In this document: one piece after another, positions 17,356 through 25,218 of the stretch
How the letters are laid out: every line of letters starts with the position of its first letter
Numbering within the stretch: the first letter of the stretch is position 1
From: Chloroflexia bacterium
GTDB lineage: Bacteria; Chloroflexota; Chloroflexia; QHBQ01; JADMIH01
NCBI GenBank assembly: GCA_038232115.1
Contig: JBBSIK010000001.1
Span: forward strand, 1 to 27,773
Direction of reading: 5' to 3'
Length of the DNA: 27,773 nt
Made by a program: the position numbers and the translations under genes
Notes under the pieces: model-generated
What the model saw: only the letters and a program-made list of their open reading frames with translations
Told to the model about the DNA's origin: nothing
Database searches by the model: none

Positions 17356-18182
17356 TAGCCGATGATGAGCCGCAGGCCCACCAGAGTGAGCGCACCCGCC
17401 AGCCCGCGCACGATCCAGCGCCCCTTCACTCGGCTGGAGAGCGCCCCACCTATCTGAGCGCCCACTATTGCCCCCGCCGCCATGCTGAGAGCCGGTCCTA
17501 GCTGCACATGCCTCAGTGAAAGCTGTGTAGCGGTGCCCGTGGCCGTGGAGAATACGAGGATGAAGTGGGAAGTGGCCGTGGCCACGTGCGCGGGAAAGTC
17601 AAACAGCGTTACCAGGGCGGGCACGTGGACGATACCGCCCCCTATGCCCAGGATGCTCGACAGGAAGCCGACGCCGAAGCTGAGCAGAATGCCCAGAGGC
17701 ATGGAGAAGCCGTAGTTGAATATGCTCCCGCGTGCGTCCACTATGCGCCGCACCGTCCAACCCCAACCCTTGATGCCCTGGGGCTTATCAGTGCTTATCT
17801 GGTGGCTCTCCGGCTTGCCCGGCCTGAGCATCAGGTAGAGCGAGACGATGACCAGTATGCTGCCGAATATGATGTTGAACACGCGACCTGTTAGCTGCTC
17901 GACGAGGAAGGAGCCGATGATCGCGCCGGGGACGGTGGCGGCGGCGAATTGCAGGCCCGTAATTATATCCACGCGCTTCTGCCGCAGATAGGACACTGAG
18001 CCGCTGGCCGCGTTTGCCATGACCACGAATAGCGATGTGCCCACCGCCTGCGTGTGGTCCCACTTCAGGAGCAGCACAAGCACAGGCACAATGATGAACC
18101 CACCGCCTGCCCCAATCAGCGTGCCGTAAGTGCCCACCGCGAGGCCGAACAGCACAAAACCGGCTATCGCCACCGGATCCAT
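17355..18182 (-). CDS. Sulfite exporter TauE/SafE family membrane protein
   Basis: GTLIGAGGGFIIVP, AVGTSL, SSILGIGGGIVHVP and ATATS. Internal duplication of the motif. Confidence 0.92.
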   Translation of the reverse strand: MDPVAIAGFVLFGLAVGTYGTLIGAGGGFIIVPVLVLLLKWDHTQAVGTSLFVVMANAASGSVSYLRQKRVDIITGLQFAAATVPGAIIGSFLVEQLTGRVFNIIFGSILVIVSLYLMLRPGKPESHQISTDKPQGIKGWGWTVRRIVDARGSIFNYGFSMPLGILLSFGVGFLSSILGIGGGIVHVPALVTLFDFPAHVATATSHFILVFSTATGTATQLSLRHVQLGPALSMAAGAIVGAQIGGALSSRVKGRWIVRGLAGALTLVGLRLIIG

Positions 18183-18302
18183 AATTCCTCCGTGTTCTTC
18201 TTTAATGCGTAACAGGTAACCCTTCTAAATCTTTGCGCGTCCTTTGCGTTCTTCGCGTATGTGCGTTTCCGTCTCTTTACGAGTTACGCAATACACGTGC
18301 CC

Positions 18303-19166
18303 CTACTTAAGTGGCGCTTTGTAGATGCCTAGCGACTCCAGGATCATTAGTGCGGCTATGACGATTGCGACCCAGCCGAAGATGCGTTTGAGGCGAGCAT
18401 TGGGAGTGCGAGGCACCAGCCATGCTCCAGCGCGCGCTCCCAGGAACACCGTTAGGGCAGTGGGTACGGCTATCAGTGGGTTTATATCGCCACTGGCATA
18501 ACGCACGAAGGCTGCGCTGGTGGCCGTGATCCCTACCATATAGTTGCTGGTGGCTGTGGCTACCTTGAGAGGGACGCGCATAAGCAGGTTCATTACAGGC
18601 ACCTGCACTACGCCACCCCCTACGCCGAGCAGCCCCGCCACTATGCCCGCAAGCACGCTCAGGCCCATACCGGTACGCACGTTGCGAGGGGTGTAGCTTT
18701 CGCTCTTACCGGTTGAGGCGTCGTAATAGCTGCCGCCCAGTCTCAGGGAATCGCTTGCAATGACCTCGTCTTCACCGGCGGGTTTGTTGTCCTCGGCAGG
18801 CCCCGCGCTCCTGAGCATCGTAACGGCAGTGTACAGCAGAATGACCGCGAACAGGCCACTGAGCACCTGTCCGGGCAGTTGTCGGGCGACGAGGGAGCTT
18901 ATAACGGCAGCCGCAGTGGTGGAGATGAGCAGGACCAACCCAAGCCGGATGTTGCTCATGCGCTGGCGAACGTAGATGGACGCTCCCGCCGTGGAGGTCG
19001 CTACGACCGCTACGTTGCTGGTGCCTATGGCTACAATAGTAGGCACGTGGAAGCCCAGCACGAGCGCAGGCACCACGAATATGCCGCCGCCCAATCCCAA
19101 CAGCGATCCGACCAGCCCCGCCGCGAACCCTATGACGCCCAGCCCCAGATAGTAGAAAACATCCAT
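18303..19166 (-). CDS. Sulfite exporter TauE/SafE family membrane protein (second paralog)
   Basis: GSLLGLGGGIFVVP, AIGTS, AGLLGVGGGVVQVPVM and ATATSNYM. Start set at ATG 19166, just after a TACAAT -10. Confidence 0.92.
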   Translation of the reverse strand: MDVFYYLGLGVIGFAAGLVGSLLGLGGGIFVVPALVLGFHVPTIVAIGTSNVAVVATSTAGASIYVRQRMSNIRLGLVLLISTTAAAVISSLVARQLPGQVLSGLFAVILLYTAVTMLRSAGPAEDNKPAGEDEVIASDSLRLGGSYYDASTGKSESYTPRNVRTGMGLSVLAGIVAGLLGVGGGVVQVPVMNLLMRVPLKVATATSNYMVGITATSAAFVRYASGDINPLIAVPTALTVFLGARAGAWLVPRTPNARLKRIFGWVAIVIAALMILESLGIYKAPLK

Positions 19167-19336
19167 GCGTCGTATTGTACGCAACGGTTGAGTAGATGCA
19201 CAAGCGGGATACTCGATAGGAACTGATTCACAGCTCCTATCCTCTACTCACCTGCTCCCCATAACGCAGCAGGGTTGTTTCCGTTACAATATGTGATTGG
19301 GTCATAGCGGGCACAGAGAAGGGGGACAGCAGGCAC

Positions 19337-20317
19337 ATGGGTTTAACTGAATCGCTCATTATGGGGCATACCGAGCAGACTCCTGAACGCTATGGTGAGA
19401 GGGTGCGTTGGATTGCCCTTATCTACGTCGTGCTCGACCTGATTTCCGTGGCGATTATAGTCACCGTAGCCTGGCGAGTGCGCTACTTTATAGCCCTTGC
19501 TCAGCGAAGCAATGTTGAGACCCTCACGATTGCTATCATCTTTGTGCTGGCCCTCTATTACCTGGCGACCACATGGAAGGGCTTCGTGGGTGGGTTGCGC
19601 ATGGCGTGGCTCAATGCCCCCAGGGTCTTTTCGCACGGGCAAGATGCTCAAGAGCGTGTGGAGCGCCGCAAGCATAGCGCGTTAAAGACTGGCGGCAAGA
19701 GCAAATACGTGTGCCTGGACCAGGCGGTGCGCCTGCGGGGTAAGCCACAGGACGACATAAAGTGGCAGATAGGTGATTCGGCGGGCAAGTTGGGCGAACT
19801 TGTGATCGAAGGTGTGAGAATCACATATTATCCTACCAAGGATGGGATGAGCAACAGCCTATTCGAGTTCGTGACCACCCAGGTCATAAAGGTGCTGAAG
19901 AAGCAAGACCGAGAAGCCAGCTTGCAGATAACCGAGTGGTCTAGCATAGACGAGGATAAGGCCAGCCAGTACCACAGCATGGTGAAAGCCTTTTGCAACC
20001 TGGAGAAGCAACTGGGCAAGGAAGAGGAACTCTGGCCCAGAGTCGAGATAACGGAGGAAGATAAAGAAGAGGTTGATAGGGCACTGCGGCAAGTGGTCCC
20101 GGCCCTGCGCAACGAGTCTCTCATGCCTGATCTTGAGTATGAAGTAGAATACAACGTACCTATAATACCGGAGCCACTGGGCTTCCTCCAGCTTACCAGG
20201 AGTGAGAACCGTGCCGATCCACTTGCCACGATGGGTTGTGCCGGGCTGGCGATGCTCATTATTATGGCTATATTGACTTTCATTATACTGCTGCCCCCGT
20301 GGGTGCCTTCCAGATAA
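19337..20317 (+). CDS. Hypothetical membrane protein (two N-terminal TM segments, soluble core, one C-terminal TM segment)
   Basis: 326-aa ORF with clear hydrophobic segments. Possible -10 TACAAT near 19285. No family recognised. Confidence 0.8.
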   Translation: MGLTESLIMGHTEQTPERYGERVRWIALIYVVLDLISVAIIVTVAWRVRYFIALAQRSNVETLTIAIIFVLALYYLATTWKGFVGGLRMAWLNAPRVFSHGQDAQERVERRKHSALKTGGKSKYVCLDQAVRLRGKPQDDIKWQIGDSAGKLGELVIEGVRITYYPTKDGMSNSLFEFVTTQVIKVLKKQDREASLQITEWSSIDEDKASQYHSMVKAFCNLEKQLGKEEELWPRVEITEEDKEEVDRALRQVVPALRNESLMPDLEYEVEYNVPIIPEPLGFLQLTRSENRADPLATMGCAGLAMLIIMAILTFIILLPPWVPSR

Positions 20318-20331
20318 GGGAGATGCGTACT

Positions 20332-20697
20332 ATGAAGAATCGCCTGCTCTCCATTATTGGCCTCTGCGTGCTCGTGTTTGCCCTCACCGGCTGTCTGGGT
20401 CCTAGACCTGTGCTCCAGGGCTACACCACTATGCCCCCAGCGCCAAACTCAGACAAGCCTTACTCGATTGATGCTACCATAACAAACGCAGGCCCAGGCA
20501 GCGGGCAGGTCGAGGTGGTGGTCAGCCTCACCAACGAGCAGAACGGCGAGACCATCGCGCAGGATACCAGGGACTTTGATCTGGCAAAAGATGAGACTCA
20601 GCACATCGTCTTCAACATAGACCTGCCTCTCTCAGCCAGGAGTTTGGACCCCAGCCAGATAAAGGTGAACATAGACGCTCATTACCCGATCGAGTAG
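20332..20697 (+). CDS. Small lipoprotein with beta-sandwich (CARDB/FxLYD-like) appearance
   Basis: MKNR plus a hydrophobic stretch and the lipobox LTG-C. SD AAGGGAG 9 nt upstream of ATG 20332. Confidence 0.75.
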   Translation: MKNRLLSIIGLCVLVFALTGCLGPRPVLQGYTTMPPAPNSDKPYSIDATITNAGPGSGQVEVVVSLTNEQNGETIAQDTRDFDLAKDETQHIVFNIDLPLSARSLDPSQIKVNIDAHYPIE

Positions 20698-20712
20698 CTG
20701 CCTCACTTCTTG

Positions 20713-20791
20713 GTAAGTGTTCACACTTGGGTGCAGGGGCAAGCCCATGCGGGGGTGTGGGGGTGTCCCCACCTCAATTCTGAACACTTAC
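20713..20791. mobile_element. Second, shorter MITE-like element with GTAAGTGTTCA/TGAACACTTAC ends
   Basis: 11-bp perfect inverted ends enclosing a G-rich palindrome (gtgggg-gtgt-ccccac, 20757-20772). Confidence 0.55.
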
Positions 20792-20805
20792 GCTCCCTAT
20801 CGCGT

Positions 20806-20834
20806 TTGACTCCACCTGCGTGCGCGTCTATAAT
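20806..20834 (+). promoter_or_regulatory. Near-consensus sigma70/sigmaA promoter for the ClpP-like gene
   Basis: TTGACT-17 nt-TATAAT. Confidence 0.8.
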
Positions 20835-20880
20835 GCGCTTACGCCATGCAGCTATCCTATCCCCTGGAGACTGGCCCCAC

Positions 20881-21516
20881 ATGATTGACCTGTACGCGCT
20901 TATCGAACGCAATTTAGAGCAACAGCAGAAACTCGAAGCGAGCGGCATCTACTTCCTCGGTGACATAAACGACCAGGCTGCTGAACACTTCGGCCAATCT
21001 CTCACCACGATGGCGGTGGCCCGCGAGAACAAACCTGACGAGCCAATCACCGTCTATATCAATTCGGGTGGCGGCTCGGTCGGCTCCGGTCTGGCGATGA
21101 TGCAACTGATCTATCGTCTGCGCACGCTGTATAAGGTGACGATCAACACGGTGGTTACGGGGTATGCCTACTCGATGGGTGCTATCGTTTTTCAAGCGGG
21201 CGACAGGCGGCTCCTGGGCTCGTTTTCGACGCTCATGCTGCATTCTCCCCAGTGGTTCCTCTCCGGTGACGACCAGCGCATCTTCAACGACTACGCGGCC
21301 CTTGCCAAGCACTACAAGAACCTGGTATGCAACATCTTCTCCCAGCGTAGCGGCAAGCACGACGCCGCATGGTGGGAAAGCTACATCTATACGGGCCGTG
21401 ACCGCTTCCTCACCGCTGAAGAATGTATAGAATTGGGCCTCGCCGATGAGATATACGGCCTGCAACTCACCACTCCACCGCCACCCGTGCCTGGTGATGC
21501 AAATTTAACCCTATAA
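20881..21516 (+). CDS. Divergent ClpP-family (S14) serine protease
   Basis: IYFLGDIND, YINSGGG, GYAYSMGA (Ser), LMLHSP (His) and RDRFLTAEECIELGLADEI (Asp). SD GGAGA upstream of ATG 20881. Confidence 0.85.
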   Translation: MIDLYALIERNLEQQQKLEASGIYFLGDINDQAAEHFGQSLTTMAVARENKPDEPITVYINSGGGSVGSGLAMMQLIYRLRTLYKVTINTVVTGYAYSMGAIVFQAGDRRLLGSFSTLMLHSPQWFLSGDDQRIFNDYAALAKHYKNLVCNIFSQRSGKHDAAWWESYIYTGRDRFLTAEECIELGLADEIYGLQLTTPPPPVPGDANLTL

Positions 21517-21602
21517 GGGTGGGGATTGGGGCGGGCAGAAGGCGAAAACGCTAAGGCACTAAGACGCTAAGAGGCAGAGAATATAGAAATGGATGTGATA
21601 GC

Positions 21603-22448
21603 TTGAGCAGCTCTTCGAGTGATGGGAGCGGGGTTGGTAGTGGCACGAAGTGGCAACTTGACGTAAAGCAGGCATGCACAGTGTTGTACGGGAGCATGCC
21701 TCAGCTTGATGCACTGCGTACTGAAACGATACTCAGCCGGTTGGTGGGGCCGTGCCGGGTGGAATGGGCGCGGACCGATGGCTCAGACGTGCCGATGGTG
21801 GGGGGTGTAGCACGGTGGGGCGACCACGAAATCGCTATGGTGGCGCTCAACGCTCCCGTGCGCGAGGATGTGCTTGCTCGGACGATAGGAGTGTCTCCCA
21901 TGCCCGACGAGCAGCGAGTTCGCCTCATGAGCCATAGGGCTGCTATACGCCTGCTGTACATGCGTGGCTCGTCAAAGCCGGTGGAGCAACTGATGGCCTT
22001 GTATCAGGTAGCCACAGCGCTTATCTCGCAGGGCGGGCTGGGCATCCTCAATGAGCGTGCGGCCCTGGCACAGCCTACCGAACTGCTGATAGAGTACCTG
22101 CCAATAGAGCCGGGCGAGACGCCGCCGATACACCTGTGGGTGGGTGTTGTTACCCTTAATCTGGCCGAGGACGAGCCACATGAGCGCTACCTGATGCGTA
22201 CCTACGGCATGGAGCAGTTCGGTTTGCCCGACCTTGGCACCTACATGGATGACCGCAGCACTGCGGATTCTGTGTACCATATGCTGCTCAACCTCTGCCT
22301 CTACGTCGTGGAAGGAGGCAGCGCGATGCAGATAGGTCCCGGCCACCGTGCCGACTTCAATGGCAGCACCTTTCTGTTCACTGCCCCTGATCAGGCAGGC
22401 GTCGAGTTCAGCAGCCCGAATAGACTCTTGATGCTGATAGAAGTGTAG
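21603..22448 (+). CDS. DUF4261-like domain protein
   Basis: C-terminal MRTYGMEQFGLPDL followed by an LxNLxxY..G..I.PG pattern typical of DUF4261. TTG start uncertain. Confidence 0.6.
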   Translation: MSSSSSDGSGVGSGTKWQLDVKQACTVLYGSMPQLDALRTETILSRLVGPCRVEWARTDGSDVPMVGGVARWGDHEIAMVALNAPVREDVLARTIGVSPMPDEQRVRLMSHRAAIRLLYMRGSSKPVEQLMALYQVATALISQGGLGILNERAALAQPTELLIEYLPIEPGETPPIHLWVGVVTLNLAEDEPHERYLMRTYGMEQFGLPDLGTYMDDRSTADSVYHMLLNLCLYVVEGGSAMQIGPGHRADFNGSTFLFTAPDQAGVEFSSPNRLLMLIEV

Positions 22449-22499
22449 CACGGAGAGGTCGGAGGCTATGAGAGGAAAACGCCAGGGCCTAATGGACCA

Positions 22500-22597
22500 G
22501 CACCGAGCAGTCTCCTGGCCGTTATGTACTGTGAAGCTGACGGCATCCACGGCCTTCACCTCACCGAAGTATTTTCCAGGTCCTTTACCTCGATCAT
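22500..22597 (-). pseudogene. Remnant N-terminus of an ABC transporter ATP-binding protein
   Basis: MIEVKDL, a 1-nt shift, then KYFGEVKAVDAVSFTVHNGQ; it degenerates at LLG before the Walker A motif. The ATG overlaps the methyltransferase stop (ATGA) and has SD GGAG. Confidence 0.7.
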
Positions 22598-23352
22598 TGT
22601 TCTGCTCCATCCTTTTGCACACTTTTCGCATGGTCTGATTTATCGGCAACGATCACGAGGGCTGCACCGCGCTCGTTCGAGGCGATGTGCGCGTCAACGC
22701 TGAATTCTGCCTCCCGCATACGACTTTCGAGTGCAGCTACCCAGGCACGAGCTTCCGGCCCACGCATATCGTCAGGAGCGGGGGCGTTTGTGCCACCCCT
22801 GTTGTCGCCATACACGAGTCGCGCCACGCCCTCGAACGCCTTGCCGCTCGCGCCTCTGGGGTTCAACCATCCAGAGGGCACTACAACGAGCCTTCCACCG
22901 GGTCGCAACACACGATTTATCTCCTTCAGGGTGGCCGGTTCGATGATATAGTCGCTGGGGAAGGTGCTCACAATCGAGTCGAACTGCTCGGCTTGAAAAG
23001 GGAGCGCTTGCGCCTGAGCACGGCACGCGCGAAAAGGTGGCAGCCCCAGCCTGCGAGCCTTGCGTGTGGCTTGCCGGAGCATCTGCGGCGACAGGTCCAC
23101 GCCCCAGGCATCGTACCCGGCTCTTTGCATGTCTATCTGCATGTTGCCTGTTCCCATGCCTACCTCTAGCACGCGCTTGCCAAGAAGATGAGGTATAGCG
23201 GCCCTCTGCCACACGCGCCATTGGTCGAGAAAGAATGTGCGGCTCACCCAGTCATAGGCCCACGCGAAGGGGCCATAAAGCGACTCGAAGGCCGCCTTAC
23301 GTATGTGGGCGCGGGCGAGATTGATGCGGCTGCGCTTCTGGGAGGTAATCAT
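22594..23352 (-). CDS. Class I SAM-dependent methyltransferase
   Basis: Motif I VLEVGMGTG, GVDLSPQML, LPFQAEQFDSIVSTF and RVLRPGG. Confidence 0.9.
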   Translation of the reverse strand: MITSQKRSRINLARAHIRKAAFESLYGPFAWAYDWVSRTFFLDQWRVWQRAAIPHLLGKRVLEVGMGTGNMQIDMQRAGYDAWGVDLSPQMLRQATRKARRLGLPPFRACRAQAQALPFQAEQFDSIVSTFPSDYIIEPATLKEINRVLRPGGRLVVVPSGWLNPRGASGKAFEGVARLVYGDNRGGTNAPAPDDMRGPEARAWVAALESRMREAEFSVDAHIASNERGAALVIVADKSDHAKSVQKDGAEQ

Positions 23353-23621
23353 GTCCCTATTTTAGCATCAGGACGCGGTTAGCAGTTAGTGGTTAGCAAA
23401 AGACGGAAATGCAAAGACGCAAAGACCGCACAAAGTTTTTCATGAGGATTCTGCCTTTTCTACTTACGAGCAAAAACTCGGAATCGGCAGTCCTCCGCCT
23501 GTATATTCTAGATCAGTTGATTGGTGGGGCAAAGTGCATAGGCATGAACCGCGAATGGCTGTATAGTTGAAGCGTTATTGTGCGTTATTTAGAAGCAATT
23601 CGCAGCTTGGAAGGCTAATCT

Positions 23622-25124
23622 ATGTCTCTACTCGATAGTGGCCTCTCTACTGAGAGTCTCGGCTATCTCAATTACCTACGGCGTTTGCTCACTCAACCCG
23701 CAGGCTCATGGGAGGGCTTTTACCAGGCGCAAAGCCCCTCGATGAACTTTGCTCTACGCTACCAGCTTGCTTTTGCCTCCTATTCCGTGGCAGCAATGTC
23801 GCAGTACACGCCTGCTTACCGTGCGCCTTATGCCGAGGCACTACGTGGAGGACTGGAGAAGATGCTGGACGTTGCGACGTGGGGATACTGGCGTGTGCCT
23901 GAGCCTGCTTCTACTCCGGGCGGTGGGCTGGCAAGTTCGGGGCATGTGGCCGTGCTGGTTAGTCCTCACCAACGTGCGCCGGTTGGCCCACCTTCCGACC
24001 CGATTGCGCGGGACAACTTGCAATACTCCGGCCATCTCAGCACGATGCTCGGTCTGTACGAGAAAGTGTCGGGCGACCGCACTTATGACGTTCCCTTCAT
24101 GCTGCACGATCCTGAGAGCGGGGCGAGTTATACCTACACGCATAGCGAGGTGGCGGAGCGTATCTACAGCCAGATGCGCGAGAACGACTTTGGCGGTGTC
24201 TGCTGCGAGCGAGGCATGGCTTATGTGCCTTGCAACAACTATTCACTCGCCTCCAATACACTACACGATGCCCTACACGGCACCGAATATAGCTGGGCCA
24301 ATGGCAGGTGGCTTAAGACTGTACGCGACAAGATGGCGCTCCATGGGCCTGCTATGCGCGGCATATTCGGCGCTAGCTATATGAAGGACCTGCACGTCGC
24401 CACGCCTATCGCCTTCAACTTCACCGATGTATGGGGCCTAGCTTTTCTTCTTCCCTTCGACTGCCACCTCGTGCGTAAGTTATACGGCAAGTTCAAGAAG
24501 AAAGTGGCTCATGCTGGTTCTCATGGCGCGTATATCGCTTCGTCCCAGTTTAGCGAGCGCATGGAGATAAGCGACGTGCCTATCAACACCGGCTTTGGCC
24601 TGATCCTGGCGCGGGGCATGGGCGACGGCAAGCTGGCTTCTGCTCTGCAACGTTACTCGCAGGAGGCATTCGGCGCTAGCTGGGAAGGGGGCGAGTACTT
24701 TCTCAAGGGTGCGCTGCGTACCCTGCACTCTACGGCCCTATTTGCCCTGGCCCAGAGCGTGGAGCCGGGCGGGGAGAACTTCACCGAACTCTTTCATGCC
24801 GCGCCTCACCACTCGCCCTCTCCCACACTGGAACGGGTAGAAGGCGACGCAGGACGAGTGGGCGTATTCCAGGCTGAGTACAACACGCAGGAAAGAACTT
24901 TGCGCCTAGGGCTACGCACAGTGGGCGCTGCGGCGGACCTTCGCAACCTGCGACCTGCCTATGTCACGCTTGTGGTCGCCGGTGTGACCTCTCGTTCTAC
25001 TGTGGAGATAGATAGGACGATGCTTGCGACAGAAGCCTTGAGCCGGGACGTGGCCGGTAGCCTGCGGTTCGGCGTGGAGGTGCCGTCTGGGCAGGACACA
25101 TGCTGCATGTTGCGGGCGGTCTAG
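23622..25124 (+). CDS. Linalool dehydratase/isomerase (LinD/Ldi)-like (alpha/alpha)6 enzyme with C-terminal extension
   Basis: RYQLAF, TWGYW, DPIARDNLQYSGHL..MLGLYE.VSG, GGVCCERGMAYVPCN and LHGTEY parallel LinD (YQLAF, VWGDW, DPIEKENIMYKGHL..MYGLYQ.VTG, GIVCEPDNYFVQCN, LHGTDY). Comparison made from memory. Confidence 0.8.
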   Translation: MSLLDSGLSTESLGYLNYLRRLLTQPAGSWEGFYQAQSPSMNFALRYQLAFASYSVAAMSQYTPAYRAPYAEALRGGLEKMLDVATWGYWRVPEPASTPGGGLASSGHVAVLVSPHQRAPVGPPSDPIARDNLQYSGHLSTMLGLYEKVSGDRTYDVPFMLHDPESGASYTYTHSEVAERIYSQMRENDFGGVCCERGMAYVPCNNYSLASNTLHDALHGTEYSWANGRWLKTVRDKMALHGPAMRGIFGASYMKDLHVATPIAFNFTDVWGLAFLLPFDCHLVRKLYGKFKKKVAHAGSHGAYIASSQFSERMEISDVPINTGFGLILARGMGDGKLASALQRYSQEAFGASWEGGEYFLKGALRTLHSTALFALAQSVEPGGENFTELFHAAPHHSPSPTLERVEGDAGRVGVFQAEYNTQERTLRLGLRTVGAAADLRNLRPAYVTLVVAGVTSRSTVEIDRTMLATEALSRDVAGSLRFGVEVPSGQDTCCMLRAV

Positions 25125-25167
25125 CTGCTCAGCCGTAGAGGCACCTGAGTTATTGGGCGATGTGAGG

Positions 25168-25202
25168 AAACAAAAAGGAAGTAGCCCGATGAGGCTACCT
25201 CC
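25168..25202 (-). terminator. Intrinsic terminator of the CAP-protein gene
   Basis: Minus strand GGAGGTAGCC-tcatcg-GGCTACTTCC followed by TTTTTGTTT. Confidence 0.75.
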
Positions 25203-25218
25203 GTCGCTCTATCCTGGG

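Noticed and set aside
20710-20880. Extended ORF-track N-termini (ClpP from 20710; likewise murA 860, pyrR 2961, MgtE-N 13501, lipoprotein 20236)
   Set aside because: The extensions run through repeats or promoters, and better SD-supported starts lie downstream.
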